Shown: positions 6,403-10,582 of the stretch, piece by piece
Numbering within the stretch: the stretch's first letter is position 1
How the letters are laid out: the number at the start of each line of letters is the position of its first letter
IMG/VR virus record: IMGVR_UViG_3300033830_000020
Coordinates: 1 to 10,582 of that record
Direction: 5' to 3' (one strand)
Length of the DNA: 10,582 nucleotides
Made by a program: the position numbers and the translations under genes
The notes under the pieces: model-generated
Databases searched by the model: none
What the model saw: only the letters and a program-made list of their open reading frames with translations
Told to the model about the DNA's origin: nothing

Positions 6403-6432
6403 TTTTTTAGTGTCATGACAAATAAAAAAGTT
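6403..6432. promoter_or_regulatory. Overlapping divergent promoters centred on the perfect palindrome TGTCATGACA (6411-6420)
   Basis: Minus strand reads TTTTTTATTTGTCAT 18 nt before ATG 6398; plus strand reads TTTTTTAGTGTCAT about 20 nt before ATG 6435. Confidence 0.6.
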
Positions 6433-6434
6433 GT

Positions 6435-7442
6435 ATGAAAACCGTAATTTTAACCATGAATTATTCATCTATACGAAATGTAGCAGAGGATATAGCTTAC
6501 GTTTTAAGAAATCATGGAGAAATTGTAACAATTTCAACAAATCCATATTTAATTCCACAATCTGATAAATTAATTGTTTTTATTCCATTTCATCCACCAT
6601 CTTTAAATCCATATCTTTACACATTTCATGAATTTCGCGGAATTAAGTATTTTTATACAACTTGTGATGGTCAGCCTAATTTAAATATAGTAAATCAATA
6701 TCTATTAAAAGACATAAAATTCATTCCAAATTCAAAATTTACAGCTCAGAATTTACAAGATGTAGGTCTAGATGTAGATTTGCCAGTTTTTCATGGCATT
6801 AATTTTGAAATTGTAGAAAAAGCTGAAAAATTAGCTATTCAATTAAAGCAAAAATTGGATAAAGATTTTCCAAATACTGTGAAATTTGGGATTGTTAGTG
6901 GTTTAACTAAGAGAAAAAATATGGATTTAATGCTTAAAGTTTTCCAAGAGATAAATACTAAAATTCCAGAATTAGCTAAAAAAGTTCACTTCTTTGTTAT
7001 CTCTCATAAACAATTTAAAGATTTTGAAGTTCCTGAAAATGTACATTTTGTTTCAGAATTTGGGTTAAATCCTAGAGAATATATATTTGCATTTTATAAA
7101 GTTATGGATTTTACAATTGTTCCTAGCGGTACTGAAGGTTTCGGGATGCCAGTTCTAGAATCTATGGCCATGGGAACTCCAGTAATTCACCAATTAATGC
7201 CTCCATTTGATGAATTTACAAGTTGGCAGTGGAATTTATTAATTAAATCTTCTGAAGTTGAGGAATATTACGATAAAGATCATGGACAAAAATGGAGAAT
7301 TCACAAATTTGACATTCAAGACATGGTAAGTGCAATATTAATAGCTAGTGAGTTACAAGATAGAGATGAGAGAAGTAAGAATTTGAGAGAATTAGCTAAG
7401 AGATATGATATTAATAATTTATATGTTAGATTCTTAGAATAG
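6435..7442 (+). CDS. GT-B fold (GT4/group 1) glycosyltransferase, SIRV2 P335-like
   Basis: 335 aa; VFHGI, KRKN and PSGTEGFGMPVLESMAMGTPVI (E-x7-E) motifs. Confidence 0.92.
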   Translation: MKTVILTMNYSSIRNVAEDIAYVLRNHGEIVTISTNPYLIPQSDKLIVFIPFHPPSLNPYLYTFHEFRGIKYFYTTCDGQPNLNIVNQYLLKDIKFIPNSKFTAQNLQDVGLDVDLPVFHGINFEIVEKAEKLAIQLKQKLDKDFPNTVKFGIVSGLTKRKNMDLMLKVFQEINTKIPELAKKVHFFVISHKQFKDFEVPENVHFVSEFGLNPREYIFAFYKVMDFTIVPSGTEGFGMPVLESMAMGTPVIHQLMPPFDEFTSWQWNLLIKSSEVEEYYDKDHGQKWRIHKFDIQDMVSAILIASELQDRDERSKNLRELAKRYDINNLYVRFLE

Positions 7443-7448
7443 AAAAAT

Positions 7449-7469
7449 CGAAAAATTTATGAATGTCAT
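7449..7469 (+). promoter_or_regulatory. BRE-TATA-TGTCAT promoter (CGAAAAATTTATGAATGTCAT)
   Basis: Same architecture as the svtR promoter; 25 nt upstream of ATG 7494. Confidence 0.6.
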
Positions 7470-7493
7470 AATATATATAATTATCGTGATAAC

Positions 7494-7622
7494 ATGAGTG
7501 AGATAGTGATAGAATGTGAAAATTTAGGAAAGTTTCATGTAAATAAGGAAAATGGTTTATTAATTAAAAATATAATAAAAATGTGTAATGATTATGGTCT
7601 AACGGTCAAAGTGGTGGAATAA
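7494..7622 (+). CDS. Small hypothetical protein (42 aa: MSEIVIECENLGKFHVNKENGLLIKNIIKMCNDYGLTVKVVE)
   Basis: Manual translation; own promoter and GTGA RBS-like element; TAA directly abuts the ATG of the next gene (TAAATG). Confidence 0.65.
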   Translation: MSEIVIECENLGKFHVNKENGLLIKNIIKMCNDYGLTVKVVE

Positions 7623-7922
7623 ATGCCGAAAAAGTATTATTGCTATTTATGTAAAACAAAACTTGTTGGAAAAAAGGAATTTAAAAAACATGCTGTAAAA
7701 CATTTTGATGGACTAAGGTGTCCATATTGTAATATGAGAACTATGAATTTATTTATACACTTATCATTTTATCACATCAAATTCAAGAAAAAAATGCTAT
7801 TTCATAGAGATTTAGCGATACTAGTAAAGGAAGCAAACAGTTTAAGTATTTTAGATGACCCAGAATTAAAATTAAGTAGATTTGAAAAATATCATATAAA
7901 AAGAATGATGAATAAGTTATAA
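7623..7922 (+). CDS. Double C2H2 zinc-finger protein
   Basis: CYLC...HAVKH and CPYC...HLSFYH fingers; very basic. Confidence 0.8.
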   Translation: MPKKYYCYLCKTKLVGKKEFKKHAVKHFDGLRCPYCNMRTMNLFIHLSFYHIKFKKKMLFHRDLAILVKEANSLSILDDPELKLSRFEKYHIKRMMNKL

Positions 7923-7946
7923 TTCTTTTTTCTTGTTATATTTTTT

Positions 7947-8144
7947 TCATTTTTTGTTTTCTGAATTTTTGCTTAATAAAACAGATATATCTTTGCTAAT
8001 TTCTTCAGATATATTTTTTATCATTTCTAAAGCTTCTAATATTTCATCTTCTTTAAGATCTTCATTTTCATTAATTTCATTAATTAATCCAAGTTGTAAT
8101 TCAAGTAAAACCTCAAATTTTATTAAATCTATCTTTTTTACCAT
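7947..8144 (-). CDS. 65-aa acidic helical protein, tandem paralog B
   Basis: Ungapped alignment to 8151-8348 with 26/65 identities (manual count). Confidence 0.8.
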   Translation of the reverse strand: MVKKIDLIKFEVLLELQLGLINEINENEDLKEDEILEALEMIKNISEEISKDISVLLSKNSENKK

Positions 8145-8150
8145 AGTTCA

Positions 8151-8348
8151 TCACTTTTTATTTTGTGAATTTTCTTTTACTATAAGTACTATTTCTTTAT
8201 CAATATCAGACATTATGCCTTTGGCACTCATTAGCAATTCTATTATATCTTCATCACTTAGAGCTTTATTATTTGCAATTTCTTCAATTATATCATAAAG
8301 CCATTTTGTCAATATTTTAATTTTTACTAAGTCTATATCTTTAACCAT
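8151..8348 (-). CDS. 65-aa helical protein, tandem paralog A
   Basis: Paralog of 7947-8144; TGTCAT promoter motif at 8376-8388, 28 nt upstream; GTGAG RBS-like element. Confidence 0.8.
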   Translation of the reverse strand: MVKDIDLVKIKILTKWLYDIIEEIANNKALSDEDIIELLMSAKGIMSDIDKEIVLIVKENSQNKK

Positions 8349-8385
8349 TTTCTCACGTAAATAGAAATTTAAAATATGACAAATA

Positions 8386-8613
8386 TCAAGTTTTACCTAG
8401 TCTTATTTTTATTTCTTCAATTTGTTTTTTTAATTCATTTTGATTTATCTTTAGTTCTTCAATTTCTGTTTTCAAATTTTGCAATTCTGAGTTTACAATT
8501 TCTTTTACTGCATCTTTTAGAGCTTGTTTTATTTTCAAATAAAGTTGAACAATTGCGAATAATGTAGTTAGAAATGTAGAAATTGTAGTCAGAATAAGAG
8601 TTATTTCACTCAT
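8386..8613 (-). CDS. Membrane-anchored coiled-coil protein (about 75 aa)
   Basis: N-terminal TM helix (ITLILTTISTFLTTLFAIVQLY) and heptad-rich C-terminus. GGTGA RBS at 8622-26 favours ATG 8613 over GTG 8625. Overlaps the stop of the 122-aa gene. Confidence 0.75.
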   Translation of the reverse strand: MSEITLILTTISTFLTTLFAIVQLYLKIKQALKDAVKEIVNSELQNLKTEIEELKINQNELKKQIEEIKIRLGKT

Positions 8614-8974
8614 CTTCATGCTCACCTATTTCTTCTTCTAAATTATCTAAATTTAAATCTTTATCTTCTTTGAATTTTTGATATACTGAATCTACTTGTT
8701 TAGCGTAAGGCTGAGGATAGACTACTCGAAAATCTGAAATGCCAATTCTATTAGTTTCGGGATCTTTAGCTATTAAAAATTGGAAATAGAAAGTAAATCC
8801 AGGAATATATAAATCTACAACCATAGGTAATTCTGCATTTTTTAAAACTATAATTGAATGAGGTAAATATTTTGATAAACCATAAATTTGTCCTTGTAAT
8901 TCTAATTCTCGAATTTTATCTATCGCGATTCTTACGGGACCGAAAATATTCGCAAACTCATCTTTAACTTGCAT
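8606..8974 (-). CDS. Hypothetical protein (122 aa), probably a conserved rudiviral core gene
   Basis: Clean ORF with globular-looking sequence and acidic tail; TTTATTTA TATA-like box about 25 nt upstream; coupled to the downstream membrane protein. Confidence 0.75.
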   Translation of the reverse strand: MQVKDEFANIFGPVRIAIDKIRELELQGQIYGLSKYLPHSIIVLKNAELPMVVDLYIPGFTFYFQFLIAKDPETNRIGISDFRVVYPQPYAKQVDSVYQKFKEDKDLNLDNLEEEIGEHEDE

Positions 8975-9023
8975 AATTATTTATTTCACAAAACAAGAAT
9001 AAATAAACTCAAAGCCAATTTGC

Positions 9024-9047
9024 CATATACAAAATATTATGTATATG
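9024..9047. repeat. Near-perfect 24-bp palindrome CATATACAAAATATTATGTATATG, copy 2
   Basis: First 23 bp identical to 5617-5639; only one mismatched pair in the dyad. Confidence 0.8.
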
Positions 9048-9071
9048 AGTTTGTCTGTTTATGCGTAAAAA

Positions 9072-9092
9072 GTGATGAACAAAGTTCATCAC
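9072..9092. repeat. Perfect 9-bp inverted repeat GTGATGAAC-AAA-GTTCATCAC
   Basis: Directly visible; lies just upstream of the BRE at 9099. Confidence 0.75.
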
Positions 9093-9098
9093 AGCATG

Positions 9099-9140
9099 AG
9101 CGAAAGATTTATATATTTAGATTTCGAAATGTATAATGGG
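9099..9140 (+). promoter_or_regulatory. Strong BRE-TATA promoter, duplicated class (AGCGAAAGATTTATATATTT...TGGG), copy 1
   Basis: 34/42 ungapped identity to 9579-9620; the ATGs at 9148 and 9628 align at the same offset. Confidence 0.75.
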
Positions 9141-9147
9141 GTTAAAT

Positions 9148-9501
9148 ATGACAAATAAAAAAGTTCAAACCAAATCTCAAGTTAAATCTTATTTTTGTAA
9201 ATTATGCGATTTTATTGCAAATGATGAAAGTGAGTTAGAGTTTCATTACAAAATGGCACATGAAGAAGATAGTGATATTTCTGAAGAATTTCAAGTTGTC
9301 TATTTAAGGAAAAAAGAATATGAAGAATACATGAAAAATGAATATGAAAGAATTTGCAAAAGCGGAAGTTGTAAAATACGCCGTGAAATTAACATAGAAA
9401 ATGATAAAAGTGAAGTAAGAAGATTATACAAAGAATATTGCTCAACATGTGAATTGAAAAAATTTTTGGTTGACGAATTAAAGCAAAATGGAAAAATGTA
9501 A
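9148..9501 (+). CDS. Zinc-binding protein (about 117 aa): C2H2 finger plus a second Cys4-like site
   Basis: CKLC...HYKMAH finger; CKSGSC...CSTC. Start moved from 9136 to 9148 by alignment with the sister promoter; 9136 remains possible as a leaderless start. Confidence 0.78.
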   Translation: MTNKKVQTKSQVKSYFCKLCDFIANDESELEFHYKMAHEEDSDISEEFQVVYLRKKEYEEYMKNEYERICKSGSCKIRREINIENDKSEVRRLYKEYCSTCELKKFLVDELKQNGKM

Positions 9502-9578
9502 ATTTATTCTTTCTTTATTTTTTTATCTCTAATTTTTTTCATCTTTGTAATAATATTTCTAGTTTTTGATATAAATGA

Positions 9579-9620
9579 AGCGAAAGATTTTTATATTTCG
9601 ATTCCTAATATTATATTGGG
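9579..9620 (+). promoter_or_regulatory. Strong BRE-TATA promoter, duplicated class, copy 2
   Basis: AGCGAAAGATTTTTATATTTCGATT...TGGG; homologous to 9099-9140. Confidence 0.75.
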
Positions 9621-9627
9621 AAAAGAA

Positions 9628-9849
9628 ATGTCACTAAAAGAAGTTGAAGAAAAAGTTATTAAGTTAGCACATGAATTTGCTCAAAAATATGAAAAAGAAA
9701 TCTTAGAGTTAAATGAATATGAATTAATAGCATATATAAATTCAAAATTAGATTATGAATCTTGGAAATATTTTAATTTTTATCAACCAAAATTGTTAGC
9801 TTTATTTATAAAAACCGTGAAAGAAGACCTAGAATCTCAAAATAAATAA
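9628..9849 (+). CDS. Small acidic helical hypothetical protein (73 aa, MSLKEVEEKVIKLAHEFAQKY...)
   Basis: ATG 9628 preferred over TTG 9616; stand-alone unit with its own promoter and a T-rich terminator after 9849. Confidence 0.75.
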   Translation: MSLKEVEEKVIKLAHEFAQKYEKEILELNEYELIAYINSKLDYESWKYFNFYQPKLLALFIKTVKEDLESQNK

Positions 9850-9908
9850 CTTTTTTAAAATCTTCTTTTTTTATGTTCTATTTTTCTCATTTTTGTAACT
9901 TAAATTGT

Positions 9909-10022
9909 TTAACTAGTTAATATTTCTAAAATTTTCTTTTTGTCAATTTTATATGGTATATAAAATTTTCCATTATAAGTGTTTGGATCAAAATTCCAAC
10001 CTTTTTTCTTTTTAATTATCAT
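9909..10022 (-). CDS. Possible small basic protein (37 aa: MIIKKKKGWNFDPNTYNGKFYIPYKIDKKKILEILTS)
   Basis: Manual translation; ATG 13 nt downstream of the upstream gene's stop with a TGAGAG RBS-like element. Short, so it may be spurious. Confidence 0.4.
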   Translation of the reverse strand: MIIKKKKGWNFDPNTYNGKFYIPYKIDKKKILEILTS

Positions 10023-10035
10023 GCTCTCAAACTTA

Positions 10036-10582
10036 TTATCTCTGAGCTATATTTTTAAAGTTTTTGTAGTAGAAAATTGGCTTATATTGTTTAGCTTTTG
10101 CAGACTTTTGAGCTAATTTTATCGAATTTTCAATTTTTGTCTGTCCTTGTAATTGTTCACCAAATTGTTGAGCAAATTGTAAATCTGAATCTGAAACTCC
10201 GTAGAATTTCCATTTTGTTCTCCAATAATTCAAAAAGTCAGAATATGATAATGTTCTTTTTCCTGAATTATAACTATAATTTTGTTGATATGGATATCTA
10301 GCAATTTCTAAAATTGCTGAAGCTATCATTTTTGCATACCAAATATTCGGATATCTTTGATTTACAATTCTTTGAACTTGTAGAAATTGCTCATATGAAA
10401 CTGCATAATTTTCAATTTCAGAGCTATAAGTTATATTTATTCCTCCAGGAGATGGATCATAAAGATGAGCTTTAAATAATAAGCCGAATATTGAAATTAC
10501 AGTTTTATCAGCTGTTAAGATAGAAACTAAATCTAATTGTGTGATATTGTTTGGATTGAATTCTGGAATTAAAACGGCTAAA
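10036..10582 (-). CDS. 3' part of a large protein, probably a minor virion structural protein (SIRV2 P488-like by position)
   Basis: The frame of the 97-aa track ORF stays open to the window edge (...LAVLIPEFNPNNITQLDLVSILTADKTVISIFGLLFKAHLYDPSPGGINITY...YAKMIASAILE...). Identity is inferred from synteny only. Confidence 0.6.
   Translation of the reverse strand, partial: LAVLIPEFNPNNITQLDLVSILTADKTVISIFGLLFKAHLYDPSPGGINITYSSEIENYAVSYEQFLQVQRIVNQRYPNIWYAKMIASAILEIARYPYQQNYSYNSGKRTLSYSDFLNYWRTKWKFYGVSDSDLQFAQQFGEQLQGQTKIENSIKLAQKSAKAKQYKPIFYYKNFKNIAQR

Noticed and set aside
7933-8567. + strand ORFs 7933-8298 and 8376-8567
   Set aside because: Antisense shadows of the 65-aa paralogs and the coiled-coil gene; the ATG at 8376 is simply the reverse complement of the TGTCAT promoter motif.
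9009-9089. 26-codon minus-strand ORF across the palindrome and hairpin
   Set aside because: Too short, no RBS, and fully explained by the overlapping regulatory dyads.
10098-10301. 67-aa + strand ORF
   Set aside because: Antisense to the long open minus-strand gene.
1-10582. Inverted terminal repeat, terminal hairpin, tRNA, integrase or transposase
   Set aside because: None seen; the gene content is that of the central core of a linear rudiviral genome.

Overview
Very AT-rich central (core) region of an archaeal rod-shaped virus genome (Rudiviridae, SIRV-like, Sulfolobales host). Family assignments come from recognised sequence and motifs, not a database search. From left to right: a partial hypothetical ORF; the SSB / AAA+ ATPase / Cas4-nuclease operon (SIRV2 gp17-18-19-like, minus strand); a 90-aa RHH regulator; the HUH Rep initiator; the virus-associated pyramid egress protein (PVAP, SIRV2 P98 / STIV C92 family); two small RHH genes missed by the ORF track (SvtR-like and a CopG-like partner); a dUTPase/dCTP-deaminase-fold enzyme; the 134-aa major capsid protein; a glycosyltransferase; three C2H2 zinc-finger proteins; a tandem pair of 65-aa paralogs; small membrane proteins; and the 3' part of a large, probably structural, gene. 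The most notable non-coding signals are: (i) a twin-hairpin element at about 2715-2842 whose two hairpins share a motif with a compensatory base-pair change and G:U-compatible changes, a candidate structured ncRNA or origin; (ii) a TATA+TGTCA promoter motif in front of about 11 genes; (iii) an identical 23-bp palindrome upstream of the capsid gene and of the 122-aa gene; (iv) a separate 42-bp duplicated promoter driving two small accessory genes, candidate early anti-defence genes.
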